Origin: Candidatus Binatia bacterium
GTDB taxonomy: Bacteria > Desulfobacterota > Binatia > UBA9968 > JAJDTQ01
NCBI GenBank assembly: GCA_963666515.2
Contig: OY762897.2
Coordinates: forward strand, 2,496,001-2,560,000
Length of the DNA: 64,000 nucleotides
Direction of reading: 5' to 3'
Part shown: positions 9,108 through 21,650 of the stretch, in pieces
Numbering within the stretch: the stretch's first letter is position 1
Layout: each line of letters begins with the position of its first letter
The notes under the pieces: model-generated
What the model was told of the DNA's origin: nothing
Databases searched by the model: none
Seen by the model: only the letters and a program-made list of their open reading frames with translations
Made by a program: the position numbers and the translations under genes

Positions 9108-10031
9108 TCAACCTGATCCGACGCCCTTGACCAGTTGCACCCGGCTGGTGTCGCGAAGCTTGTCGAACCGGTCCCGGTCCACCTCGAAGTAGTGAGGGTG
9201 CGCGGAGGTCTTGAGGATGTAGTGGTCGCCTTCCTTCGGGGACACCACCGTGTGCCTGATGACCGATCCTGCCTTCGTCTCGATGGTGTACTCGAGGATG
9301 GGCCTTCCCGTGGCGAAACGCGCCTTGCCGTCCTTCGAAAGCACTTCCTTGAAACCGACCTCCGCCACGCGTTCCACGAGCTGCCGCACCGGCTCGGCGT
9401 CGGTCTCCTCGTTCTCCCGCAACCCTTCGACCTGGAACCCGCCGTCCCCGGCCTTCAACGCATAGGCCCCCAGGTCGATGCGGGCGATGTCCTCCGCCGG
9501 CGTCTTGAGGATCTCCGTGTCGTACCAGGAACTCGCGTCCGCCGGAGCGTCGAAGGCGTTGAAATCGACGGCATAGGTATGGTCGTCGCCGTCGAGACGG
9601 GCGTGCACCTTGCGGAACGCCGGCGACGAGCCGAGGAAGACGTCGCCCAGGACATCCTCGCCCTTGAGAAACCGCACCCGCCGCTCGTAACGATCCGGCG
9701 TCACCTTGAACTGCCGGGCCCCCACCAGGGTCTTGCCCACCGGCCAGGATCGTCTGGCCCCCAGCAGCTTCTCGGTGAACTGCTCGAACTTGGCCGGCGA
9801 GACCGGAAAGTCGCCCTTCTGGGGCAGGACCCAGCCGCCGTCCTTGCGCGCCAACCGCAGCGCCGCCCATTCCATCCCCTCGATGGTTACGGTATCGGCG
9901 CTGTCCAGATCCAGGGCCAGCAGCGGCGTATCGGCCTCGAAGGCGCCGGGGTCGTCTCGCTGAAGGTTGACCCAGGCCACGAGGCCCGCCTGCAGCACCA
10001 GCAACAGCACCAAGAGCTTGATCGTCGTCAT
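9108..10031 (-). CDS. DUF4340 domain protein (Gld-type ABC accessory)
   Basis: N-terminal membrane anchor; two repeated domains; last gene of Gld-like ABC operon. Confidence 0.8.
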   Translation of the reverse strand: MTTIKLLVLLLVLQAGLVAWVNLQRDDPGAFEADTPLLALDLDSADTVTIEGMEWAALRLARKDGGWVLPQKGDFPVSPAKFEQFTEKLLGARRSWPVGKTLVGARQFKVTPDRYERRVRFLKGEDVLGDVFLGSSPAFRKVHARLDGDDHTYAVDFNAFDAPADASSWYDTEILKTPAEDIARIDLGAYALKAGDGGFQVEGLRENEETDAEPVRQLVERVAEVGFKEVLSKDGKARFATGRPILEYTIETKAGSVIRHTVVSPKEGDHYILKTSAHPHYFEVDRDRFDKLRDTSRVQLVKGVGSG

Positions 10032-12907
10032 GCCGCCAGCATCCTCTGGTAGCGGTCCCGCAAGCGGAGCAGATGATAACGATGCGCCCCGTAGATCAGC
10101 ATCAGCCCCACCAGCACGATGCCGTAGTTCAGGTATTCCCAGAAGGCCTTCTGCTCGCGGGTCATGGGCACGAGGGTCCGCGCAAAGTGGGCGCGGCTGC
10201 GAATGGACAGCAGCGCGCGGTCCTCCAACGCCCAGTCCACCACGTTCTCCACGAACTGCAGCGAGTTGACGAACCGGTCGTTGGCCGCGGCGCGGGAGAG
10301 TTGCAAAGTCTGGTCGGTGAACGCCTCGTTGGAACCCACGAGGATGATACGGGCCGATTCCGGCGACTTCTCGATCATCCCCGTCACCACCGGCACCTCC
10401 TCTTCCTCGGTCTTTTCAGCGGCCTCCCCTTCGCCATCGTCCCCGGCCAGCAACGGCGAGTCCTTGCCCGCGTAGTAGGAACGGAAGCTCCCCTCTACCA
10501 CCGCCGCCAGCACCCGACTCTTGGGTTGCCCTTCTTTCTCGAAGCCGAGCTTCGGATGCACCTCGAAGTCGGGATGCACCTTCAGGGAGGTCGACTGCCA
10601 GGATACGCCGGAGCTTGCCAGCAGCGGCGTCGCGCTCCGGACCCCGGCCTCGTCGTCCGGAAGCGTAAGCGGCGAAGCCCAGCTCACGGTCAACTGCGGC
10701 AGCCTCGCGGTAATGGGATTGTCCTGGTTTAGGCCCGCGCCCCTGACGTCCACGAAGTAGGGGTACGGCACGAGCTGCAGCTCACGAACCGTGAGAGCGC
10801 CCGCCTTGCGGTTCACGAACACCGGGAAGGGCTCGTTCTGCGGGTCCAGCACCAGGCTCTTCTGCACCGTCAGGCCGTAGTGCTCCAGCAACGGCTCCAG
10901 ACCGGAGGTGTGCCTGCTGGCGGCCAGACCGGCTTGGGTGCGCCTTACGGTATAGGGCGAGGTCAACGCGGTCACCGAGCCGCCCTTCATGAGGAACTGG
11001 TCCACGGCGAACCGCTGCTCCGGCGTCAGCTCCTTGGGGGCCGCGAGCACCAGCAGATCCACGTTCTCCGGCACCACGCCGGACTTTAGGTCCACGTCGG
11101 CGACGCGATAGTTCTCCCGGAGCTTTTGCCGCAGGAACCGGAACTGCCGGGGCGGCGGCTGGAAACGCATGCCCGGCTGCCGCGGGGGCGGCGGCGGGGT
11201 GTGGAAGCCGATGGTCTTGATGAAACCGGGCGCGAACCTCCGTAGCGCCGACTCCACGCTCCGCCTGGCGGCCTCCTGGTTCAGCTTGCCGGGCAGGGGC
11301 ACCTGCACGGTGCTGCCGTTGTTCTTCATGACCATGTAGAAATAGAAACGCTCCGGATTGAGGGGGCCCGCGGCCATGGGCCGGAAGCCGTACTGGTCGG
11401 CAAGCTGCTTGGCCAAGGCGCCGCCCTGGGCCTCCGGATCGATGATCTCGTAGTTGAACTTTCCCTCCGACTCCTTGCGGAGCGCCCTCAGCGACCCCAG
11501 CAACTGGCGCTTGAAGACCACGATGGACTCCGGCAGCTTCTCCTCCTGCGAGAAGTATCCCCGGAACTCCACCGGCTGATCGATTCCGGCGAAGAGCGTC
11601 CCGACGTCCTGGAAGCCGTACAACACCTTCTTGACGGCCCGGGCCAGGTCGTATTCCAGGTTCCGCAGGCGCACCTTGGTGCCGGTCCGTTCCCCCTTGA
11701 TCTCGATCAGATCGTTGAACCGCAGCACCTCGTGCTTGTCGCCGTACTGGAGCAGCACGTCGAAGTAGGAGTTGACCAGGGAGGTCTGGTAGCGGTCGGC
11801 GGTCCGGAACGGCACCGGACGGATGTTGTAGCGCTGGTTGGCCTCCTCCTCCAGGCCGGGCTCCTCGCGCGGGTCCACGAACTCGGCGCGGACCCGGCCG
11901 CCGCTGATGGTTTCGACCTCGCGAATCGTGTCGCGGATGCGGGGCACCAGCGGAGCCAGCAACGGGTGGGTACGGGCGCTGAAATAGCCCCGGATGAGCA
12001 ACGGCTCCTGCAACTGGGCGATGAGGTCCCGAGTCGCCTGGGAGATGGTGTAGTCCTTCCCTTCGGTGAGGTCCGCGCGCACGGCCAGGCCGCGGTGGAG
12101 CCAGAAGTTGGCCAGGACGAAGTTGACGATGACGAGGGCCGTCACCGTCCGCCAGACATGGTGGCGCCTCTTCTGCCCTTCTCTCGACCATCGGAGCCGT
12201 TCGAGGGAGAAGACGTTCAGGGCGAGGAAGACGCCCACAACGCTCACGTAGTAGTAGATGTCCCGAAGGTCCAGGATGCCCCGGGTGATGGACTCGAAGC
12301 GGACGCCCGTGGCCGCCAGGCCCAGGTATTCGGCCCATTGGATGCCCACCAGGGAACCGAAAGTCAGGGAGCCCAGCAGGTAGAACACGAAGCCGATGAC
12401 GGTGGTGAGGATCAGGCTCGCGATCTGGCTCTCGTTCCGCGCGCTGACGTAGAGGCCGATGGAGCAGTAGGCCGCCGCCAGCAGCAGCGAGGCGGTGTAG
12501 GCGCCCAGCACCGGACCCCAGTCGAGGGGGCCCATGAAGGAGACCGTGACCGGCACCCCCAGCGTCAGCGCCAGCGCGATGGCCACCAGGCCCAGACACG
12601 CCAGGAACTTGCCGAGCACGAGATGGAGCGTCCTGACCGGCATGGTGAAGAGGAACTCCAGGGTCTCCATGCGCCGCTCTTCGCTCCACATCTTCATGGT
12701 CAGGGCCGCGCTGAGGAAGATGAGCAGGATCGGCATCCACTCGAACAACGGCCTCGCGTCCACGATGTTGCGCGCGAAGAACTGCTCGACCCAGAAGAAG
12801 ATGAACAGGCACACGGCCGAGAACGTCCCCAGGAAGATGAACGCCACCGGCGACGAGAAGTAGGTGGAGAACTCCTTCTTGGCGATGCTCCAGATGCTAC
12901 CCCGCAT
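10028..12907 (-). CDS. ABC permease fused to GldG-like auxiliary domain (GldF-GldG fusion)
   Basis: IAKKEFSTYFSSP, WSEERR..TLEFLFT permease; RADLTEGKDYTIS, LEYDL, VDQFLMKGG GldG-like; C-terminal TM. Confidence 0.88.
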   Translation of the reverse strand: MRGSIWSIAKKEFSTYFSSPVAFIFLGTFSAVCLFIFFWVEQFFARNIVDARPLFEWMPILLIFLSAALTMKMWSEERRMETLEFLFTMPVRTLHLVLGKFLACLGLVAIALALTLGVPVTVSFMGPLDWGPVLGAYTASLLLAAAYCSIGLYVSARNESQIASLILTTVIGFVFYLLGSLTFGSLVGIQWAEYLGLAATGVRFESITRGILDLRDIYYYVSVVGVFLALNVFSLERLRWSREGQKRRHHVWRTVTALVIVNFVLANFWLHRGLAVRADLTEGKDYTISQATRDLIAQLQEPLLIRGYFSARTHPLLAPLVPRIRDTIREVETISGGRVRAEFVDPREEPGLEEEANQRYNIRPVPFRTADRYQTSLVNSYFDVLLQYGDKHEVLRFNDLIEIKGERTGTKVRLRNLEYDLARAVKKVLYGFQDVGTLFAGIDQPVEFRGYFSQEEKLPESIVVFKRQLLGSLRALRKESEGKFNYEIIDPEAQGGALAKQLADQYGFRPMAAGPLNPERFYFYMVMKNNGSTVQVPLPGKLNQEAARRSVESALRRFAPGFIKTIGFHTPPPPPRQPGMRFQPPPRQFRFLRQKLRENYRVADVDLKSGVVPENVDLLVLAAPKELTPEQRFAVDQFLMKGGSVTALTSPYTVRRTQAGLAASRHTSGLEPLLEHYGLTVQKSLVLDPQNEPFPVFVNRKAGALTVRELQLVPYPYFVDVRGAGLNQDNPITARLPQLTVSWASPLTLPDDEAGVRSATPLLASSGVSWQSTSLKVHPDFEVHPKLGFEKEGQPKSRVLAAVVEGSFRSYYAGKDSPLLAGDDGEGEAAEKTEEEEVPVVTGMIEKSPESARIILVGSNEAFTDQTLQLSRAAANDRFVNSLQFVENVVDWALEDRALLSIRSRAHFARTLVPMTREQKAFWEYLNYGIVLVGLMLIYGAHRYHLLRLRDRYQRMLAA

Positions 12908-13829
12908 GGCCGCCTCTCTCCCCCACTTCACGGAACACGGTCTCGAGGGTGCGCGCCTCTTCGTTCATGCGGTAGAGATCCCAGCCGCGTTCGACGGCCG
13001 CCCTGGCAACGCTGGGCGCCACCTCGTCCAGGGAAGCCTCCAGCTCAAGGCCGTAGCTCTCCCCGCGCGGCCCCTCAGCCGGGGTCACCATGCCCACTCC
13101 CGGGATCTCCCGGAGCCGCTCGGCCGCGTCCTCGGACGGATTGCCGAGCCCCACCACCAGCCGATTGGACTCTTGCAGCTCGCTCAGCCGGGCATCCACC
13201 GCGATGCGCCCCTGCGCCATGATGATCACCCGCTCGCAGACCGCTTCCACCTCCTGGAGGATGTGCGTGGAGACGATGATGGTGGCGTTGTGGCTCAAAT
13301 CGCTCACCAGCGAGCGCATCTGGAAGATCTGCGCAGGGTCCAGCCCGTTGGTGGGTTCGTCGAGGATCAGGATCTCCGGCTCGTGCACGATGGCCTGGGC
13401 CACTCCCAGCCGCTGCTTGTAGCCCTTGGACAGCGTGCCCACCGGGTCCAGCGCCCGGTCCATCAGCCACGTCCGCTCCAGCGCCCGCCTGAGCACCGCC
13501 GGCCGTCCGGCGCGCGGAATCCCGCGCAGGTCGGCCACGTACTCCAGGTAGCGCACCACCGACATGTCCGGGTAGAGCGGCGCGTTCTCGGACAGGTAGC
13601 CCAGCTTGCGCTGGATGCCGAGCCGCGCTTCGTGAAGCGGCATGCCGTCGATGACCACCGATCCCGCGGTGGGCTCGATGTAGCCCGTGAGCATCCGCAT
13701 GATGGTGGTCTTCCCGGCGCCGTTATGCCCCAGCAGGCCGACCACCTCCCCTCTCCCGATGGAGAAGGAGACGCCGTCCACCGCCACCAGATCACCATAT
13801 TTTCGAGTGAGACCCTCGACCTCGATCAA
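12897..13829 (-). CDS. ABC transporter ATP-binding protein (GldA-like)
   Basis: GHNGAGKT, LSKGYKQR, ILDEPTNGLD, STH. Confidence 0.95.
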   Translation of the reverse strand: MIEVEGLTRKYGDLVAVDGVSFSIGRGEVVGLLGHNGAGKTTIMRMLTGYIEPTAGSVVIDGMPLHEARLGIQRKLGYLSENAPLYPDMSVVRYLEYVADLRGIPRAGRPAVLRRALERTWLMDRALDPVGTLSKGYKQRLGVAQAIVHEPEILILDEPTNGLDPAQIFQMRSLVSDLSHNATIIVSTHILQEVEAVCERVIIMAQGRIAVDARLSELQESNRLVVGLGNPSEDAAERLREIPGVGMVTPAEGPRGESYGLELEASLDEVAPSVARAAVERGWDLYRMNEEARTLETVFREVGERGGHAG

Positions 13830-14011
13830 GCTGCATCCTCCCGGCGGGTACTGTTCGCGGGTTTCGGAGCGAAATGGAAATTTTTAGCAGATCGGGCGGC
13901 GGGGCGCGAATCGGGACCCGGGACCGTGCCGTTCAGGCGGCAGTTCAATGATTGATTATGTACATTTATAAGTTTACACAGCTATCCAACAGGTGCATCG
14001 AGGTGACTCTG

Positions 14012-14254
14012 ATGATGAACATGATCGGAGCGGCGGAATTCAAGGCGAGATGCCTCCGTGTCATCAACCAGATGAACAAGGACGGCAAGCCTGTGACCAT
14101 CACCAAACGGGGACGACCGGTGGCAGTGCTGCATCCCGTCGAGCCTCCCGATGAACGCCCGTCGATCATTGGGGCGATGCGCGGTTCGGTGCTGGCCTAC
14201 CACGATCCATTCCGGCCAGCGGTCGATCCTTCCGACTGGTCCGCCACGGAATGA
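14012..14254 (+). CDS. Phd/YefM family antitoxin
   Basis: IGAAEFKARCL...VTITKRGRPVAVL; AT-rich upstream region with ATGTACAT palindrome; start could be 14012, 14015 or 14021. Confidence 0.9.
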   Translation: MMNMIGAAEFKARCLRVINQMNKDGKPVTITKRGRPVAVLHPVEPPDERPSIIGAMRGSVLAYHDPFRPAVDPSDWSATE

Positions 14255-14274
14255 TCGTCCTCGACACCCACGCG
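14251..14274 (+). pseudogene. VapC (PIN) toxin stub, 8 codons
   Basis: ATGA overlap with antitoxin; MIVLDTHA is a canonical VapC start; sequence then runs into the stop of the convergent ParE gene. Confidence 0.75.
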
Positions 14275-14571
14275 TCAATTCCGCTGCATCCAATAACCCG
14301 GCCGCCGTCTCAAGTGAGCGATGGCCACGATAACGATCTCATCTGGCCTGAGGCGGTAGACTACTTGATATGGGAATGCGGAGACCAGGACTCGACGCGT
14401 GTGGCCGTCCTCCGAGATTACCGTTCCGATTTCGGGATGGGCGCTAATGCGGGAAAAGGCTGCGTTAGCCGCGTTCAGGAATTCACCGCCGAGCCCGGTT
14501 CGTTGGGTTTCGTACCATCGGACCGCTTCCCTGAGTTCTTCGGCGGCAGGTGCACTGGTAAGAATCTTCAC
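14275..14571 (-). CDS. RelE/ParE family toxin
   Basis: AAEELREAVRWYE...GLGGEF, FPYQVVY, AIAHLRRRPGYW; GTG overlaps antitoxin stop. Confidence 0.9.
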   Translation of the reverse strand: MKILTSAPAAEELREAVRWYETQRTGLGGEFLNAANAAFSRISAHPEIGTVISEDGHTRRVLVSAFPYQVVYRLRPDEIVIVAIAHLRRRPGYWMQRN

Positions 14572-14804
14572 CGACCGAGAATCTCGCTCTCGATCCGGCG
14601 CTTGACATCTTCCCAAGGCTCAAGCTCGACGGTCCCGCCTTCAATGGCCTCGACCCGCCGCTCGATTTCCGTGGCCCACGCAGCCTCGGCGTCCGGATCC
14701 GCAGGACCGTCCAGGCTCTTCAGGAGCTCGGCTGCCAGTTCGGCACGCGCGTCAACATCAAGGCGCAGAGCCTCGACGAGAACCGATTGAGTGGCCTTGG
14801 ACAT
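14568..14804 (-). CDS. Addiction-module antitoxin (TIGR02574-like)
   Basis: RAELAAELLKSLD...AWATEIERR...PWEDV pattern. Confidence 0.88.
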   Translation of the reverse strand: MSKATQSVLVEALRLDVDARAELAAELLKSLDGPADPDAEAAWATEIERRVEAIEGGTVELEPWEDVKRRIESEILGR

Positions 14805-14853
14805 ATCCCAAATTCTACACCCAAACTGCATTTCAGCAAATACCTGAGTTGCC

Positions 14854-14882
14854 TTGCATACAAGACAAAAGTCTGGTATTCG
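14854..14882 (+). promoter_or_regulatory. lexA promoter with palindromic candidate operator AGAC-AAAA-GTCT
   Basis: TTGCAT-N17-TATTCG with extended TG; palindrome 14863-14874 lies in the spacer. Confidence 0.55.
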
Positions 14883-14889
14883 CATCCCC

Positions 14890-15492
14890 ATGACACCCTT
14901 CACTCCACCCGGAGAGACCCGGGAAAAGGTTTACCGGTTCGTGCGCAGGCGGATCCTGGAGGAGCTTCCTCCCACGGTGCGGGAGGTCCAGGAGGCGTTC
15001 CGGTTCAAGGCGGTGCAGACGGCCCGGCAGCACTTGGAGCGGCTGGTGGCCGAGGGGCGACTGGTCAAAACGCATGGGAAATCCAGGGGTTATCGCCTGC
15101 CCCGGGAGCCCGGGACGCTGTTCGTGCCGCTGCTGGGGCGGGTGCAGGCGGGGGGGCTGCGGGCGGCCATCGAGGAGTGCGAGGGTTACCTCCCGGTACA
15201 GTCGCGGGGCTCGGAAGAGATGTTCGGGCTCCGGGTCCAGGGCGAGAGCATGACCGGAGCAGGCATCCTTCCGGACGACATCGTCGTCGTGAGGCAGCAG
15301 GCGGAAGCGGCCTCGGGGGACATCGTGGTGGCCCTAGTGGGGGACGAGGCCACCATCAAGAGGCTCCGCCTGCGCCGGAACCGGATCGAGCTGCATCCGG
15401 AGAACCCGGCCTTCGCACCGATCGTCCCGAGGGCCGATGAATGCATGCTCCTGGGCAAGGTAGTGGAGGTGAGACGGTACCTGGAAGGGTGA
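14890..15492 (+). CDS. lexA: LexA repressor
   Basis: PPTVRE HTH, GRVQAG cleavage site, GESM Ser, ATIKR Lys. Confidence 0.95.
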   Translation: MTPFTPPGETREKVYRFVRRRILEELPPTVREVQEAFRFKAVQTARQHLERLVAEGRLVKTHGKSRGYRLPREPGTLFVPLLGRVQAGGLRAAIEECEGYLPVQSRGSEEMFGLRVQGESMTGAGILPDDIVVVRQQAEAASGDIVVALVGDEATIKRLRLRRNRIELHPENPAFAPIVPRADECMLLGKVVEVRRYLEG

Positions 15493-15502
15493 GGCAGCCT
15501 TC

Positions 15503-16174
15503 ATGGACGTTTCCGCCGAAAAGACTCACGAGCGGATGCCGGTTCCTACCCGGGAGCGGATGCCGGCTTCGGGCGCCGTCGCGGTTGCGCCGCGGCGCCG
15601 GCCTGTCCGCGAAGCCCCACCGGCCTGGAATCTCTCCTTGCTGGCCGGGCGTCTTACGGAGATCTCGGACTCCGGCGTGGCCCCTGCCCTCACCGCCGCG
15701 GCCTCCCTGATCCTCCAGGCCCAGCAGCGCGGTGAGCCCGCGGCGTGGGTTGGCTTCGGCAATTCGATCTTCTTTCCGCCGGATCTGGTGGAGTGGGGAA
15801 TCGATCTCGACGCCTTGCCGGTGGTCCGAGTTCCCAACGCCCTCGCCGCTTCCCGCGCCGCTGACCAGTTGCTGCGCTCCGGGGCGTTCGGGCTGGTGGT
15901 GCTGGACCTGAAGGCCGAGGCGCGGATGCACATGGCGGTCCAGAGCCGTCTGGCGGCGCTGGCCCGGAAGCACCACGCGGCGCTCCTCTGCCTCACTCGC
16001 AAGAGGAAGGGCACACCCTCGCTGGGGCCGCTGGTGTCGCTGCACGGCGAAGGCACCATAACCAGGACCGCCTTCAGCCGCTTCGACTGGGAAATCCGCG
16101 TGGTCAAGGACAAGCGGGGCGCACCGGGATGGAGCCACACGGAGTCGTGCCGTGGAACGGATGGCCTGTGTTGA
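15503..16174 (+). CDS. imuA: RecA-like ImuA mutasome protein
   Basis: GRLTEIS with degenerate Walker A, AAWV, FFPPD..GIDLDAL, LLRSGAFGLVVLD; lies between lexA and imuB. Confidence 0.8.
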   Translation: MDVSAEKTHERMPVPTRERMPASGAVAVAPRRRPVREAPPAWNLSLLAGRLTEISDSGVAPALTAAASLILQAQQRGEPAAWVGFGNSIFFPPDLVEWGIDLDALPVVRVPNALAASRAADQLLRSGAFGLVVLDLKAEARMHMAVQSRLAALARKHHAALLCLTRKRKGTPSLGPLVSLHGEGTITRTAFSRFDWEIRVVKDKRGAPGWSHTESCRGTDGLC

Positions 16175-17843
16175 CGTTGCCGCCTTTCCCCTGCAACTGC
16201 TGCTCCGGGACCATCCGGACTGGAAGGACCATCCCGCCGCAGTGGTGGACCGGGACAAGGCCCAGGGGACCATTCTCTGGGTGAACTCCCGGGGGCGCGC
16301 CACGGGCATCCTTCCGGGCATGCGCTACGGCGCGGGACTCGCGCTTTCGCGCCATCTCCGGGCGGACATCATTTCCCGCTCGGCCATCGACAAGGCCGTG
16401 GCCGGATTGGTTCCGCGACTGCGTCGTTTTACCGCGGAGGTGGAGCCCTCCCGGGACGAGCCCGGTGTATTCTGGCTTGGGGCTTCGGGCCTTTCCCTGC
16501 TCCATCCCCGCCTGGAGGAATGGGCCGGACTCATCCACGACGCCCTCGCCAGCGCCGGCCTCCACAACACCGTGGCCGTAGGGTTCTCCCGTTTCGGCAG
16601 CTATGCCGCGGCCAAGGCCTGCGACCGGACCACGGTCTTCCGGACGCCCGATGAAGAGCACCACCATGTCCGCTGCGTCCGCCTGGACCGGCTCGATTTC
16701 GCTCCCAAGGTCCGCGACCTGCTGGCCCGGCTCGGCATCCACACCTTGGGCGGCTTCCTGGACCTGCCTGCGTCCCAGGTGCGCTCACGGCTGGGACGGG
16801 AAGCCCACCGGCTCCATCGGCTGGCCGCGGGCGATCTGTGGAGCCCGCTCCACCCGGAGACGCCGTCCGAGCCCACCGCCGCGGGGGTCTTCCTGGACTA
16901 CCCGGAGAGCGACCACCCGCGGCTGGCAGTGCTCATGGAGGAGTTGCTGGAACCATTGCTCGACTCGCTGGAACAGCGGCACGAGGTGATGACCGCGCTC
17001 ATCCTCCACCTCCGCCTGGACGACAGGTCGGAAAGGGTCGAGACCCTGCGGCCGGCCAGGCCCACCCTGGACCGGGGGCAGATACTGGACCTCTTGCGGC
17101 TCCGCCTGGAGGCCATGGCGCTGACGGCCGGGGTGGTGGAGGTCGTCATGGAACTCCAGAGAGCCTCGCCCGACGTGCGGCAGGGGGAGCTTTTCCACGG
17201 CGCCGCGCGCGACCACGACGCCGCCAACCGCGCCCTGGCGCGGCTGCGGGCGCGCTTCGGCGACGGCGCGCTGCTGCGGGCGCACCCGCGCGCCGGGCAC
17301 CTTCCCGAGGCGCGCTTCACCTGGGAACCCATGGAAGTCGTGCCGCCGCCGAGGCCGCGTCGGGTGCGGCTGCGCCCGCTGGTGCGGCGCTTCTTCCCGA
17401 AGCCCGTCCGGCTCCCGCACCAGACTGTGTCAAAACTCATGGGGGAACGATGCACCAAACACGTCATTCCGGCGAAGAGCCTGCCCCGTACTCGATACGG
17501 GGCCGGAATCCAGTGGGTGGGGAGGGGCAAACGGGCGTGTTTCCCTCCCCCACCCCGCCTGGATTCCGGCTTTCGCCGGAATGACGATACCAATGTCGGT
17601 GCCATGCCCGTAGCCGATACCGAGCCCGTGGTTGGCGACGCCTGCTCAGGCGACGCCCGAATGGACAACGGCTTTCTCACCCGAGAAAGCGCCGGCCCTT
17701 ACATCGTCTCAGGGGGATGGTGGGGCTCGGGCGCCGAGGTACACCGCGAGTACCATTTCGTCCGCGACGGCGAGGGTCCCTGGCTGTGGATCTACTACGA
17801 CCGGAAGCGGCAGGGCTGGTTTCTGCACGGGAAGGTAGAGTAG
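16152..17843 (+). CDS. imuB: ImuB, inactive Y-family polymerase, carrying an in-frame repeat insertion
   Basis: Y-family N-terminus with altered catalytic motifs; QGELF clamp motif; GPYIVSGGWW...REYH...W.YYD...W.LHG C-terminus. Confidence 0.88.
   Translation: MERMACVDVAAFPLQLLLRDHPDWKDHPAAVVDRDKAQGTILWVNSRGRATGILPGMRYGAGLALSRHLRADIISRSAIDKAVAGLVPRLRRFTAEVEPSRDEPGVFWLGASGLSLLHPRLEEWAGLIHDALASAGLHNTVAVGFSRFGSYAAAKACDRTTVFRTPDEEHHHVRCVRLDRLDFAPKVRDLLARLGIHTLGGFLDLPASQVRSRLGREAHRLHRLAAGDLWSPLHPETPSEPTAAGVFLDYPESDHPRLAVLMEELLEPLLDSLEQRHEVMTALILHLRLDDRSERVETLRPARPTLDRGQILDLLRLRLEAMALTAGVVEVVMELQRASPDVRQGELFHGAARDHDAANRALARLRARFGDGALLRAHPRAGHLPEARFTWEPMEVVPPPRPRRVRLRPLVRRFFPKPVRLPHQTVSKLMGERCTKHVIPAKSLPRTRYGAGIQWVGRGKRACFPPPPRLDSGFRRNDDTNVGAMPVADTEPVVGDACSGDARMDNGFLTRESAGPYIVSGGWWGSGAEVHREYHFVRDGEGPWLWIYYDRKRQGWFLHGKVE
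17462..17586. repeat. REP doublet (REPIN-like long hairpin) inside imuB
   Basis: CGTCATTCCGGCG...GCCGGAATCCAG and inverted CTGGATTCCGGCTTTCGCCGGAATGACG flank a palindromic spacer. Confidence 0.85.
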
Positions 17844-21071
<3,228 letters not shown>

Positions 21072-21098
21072 GATGGTTGCGGTGTAAGGCGGTGTGGA

Positions 21099-21590
21099 CT
21101 ATCCGCTCTTGGGGAAATCGAACAGCACCTCGTCGCCCCGGGCATAACCCACGACGGCCCAGACGGCCGCATCGAACCTGAGATGCAGCACGCCGCAGGT
21201 GGGCAGGTTGGGAATCTCCCGCGGCCCCAGGTGATTGGCGAGCTCGGTCAGCCCTGGGTTGTGGCCGAACAACATCAGGGTCGCCACAGACTCGTCCGCG
21301 TTGCGGATCACATCAAGCAGTTCGACGACGCCGGCACCGTAAAGCCGATCTTTCACCACGATTTCTTTCCGCGCGTAGCCGAGCTTCTTGGCGATGATCC
21401 GTGCCGTCGTCAGTGCCCGCGCTGCCGGGCTCGACACGATCAGTTCGGGTTTGACGTTGCGGTGTGCGAGCCGGAAACCTATCTCTGGCGCGTCCCGTTC
21501 GCCCCGCTTGTTGAGAGGTCTTTCACGGTCGTCGAGACCGGAATCCTTCCAGCTCGACTTGGCGTGCCGTATGAGGATCAAGTCCTTCAC
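21099..21590 (-). CDS. SixA-type phosphohistidine phosphatase
   Basis: LIRHAKS, D.ERPL..RG, SSPAARA, GHNP. Confidence 0.9.
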   Translation of the reverse strand: MKDLILIRHAKSSWKDSGLDDRERPLNKRGERDAPEIGFRLAHRNVKPELIVSSPAARALTTARIIAKKLGYARKEIVVKDRLYGAGVVELLDVIRNADESVATLMLFGHNPGLTELANHLGPREIPNLPTCGVLHLRFDAAVWAVVGYARGDEVLFDFPKSG

Positions 21591-21650
21591 GAGAATCCGG
21601 ATTCTGTTTCCCGTCTCGCTTGAGTGGGCTTCGGGTAATCGTGGTATGAC

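Noticed and set aside
9108-13829. Gld-like ABC operon as evidence of gliding motility
   Set aside because: GldA/F/G-DUF4340 operons are widespread in non-gliding bacteria, and no other gld or spr genes are present
14251-14790. 179-aa ORF starting MIVLDTHA as a full VapC toxin
   Set aside because: Only the first 8 codons are PIN-like; the rest is the antisense of the parE module
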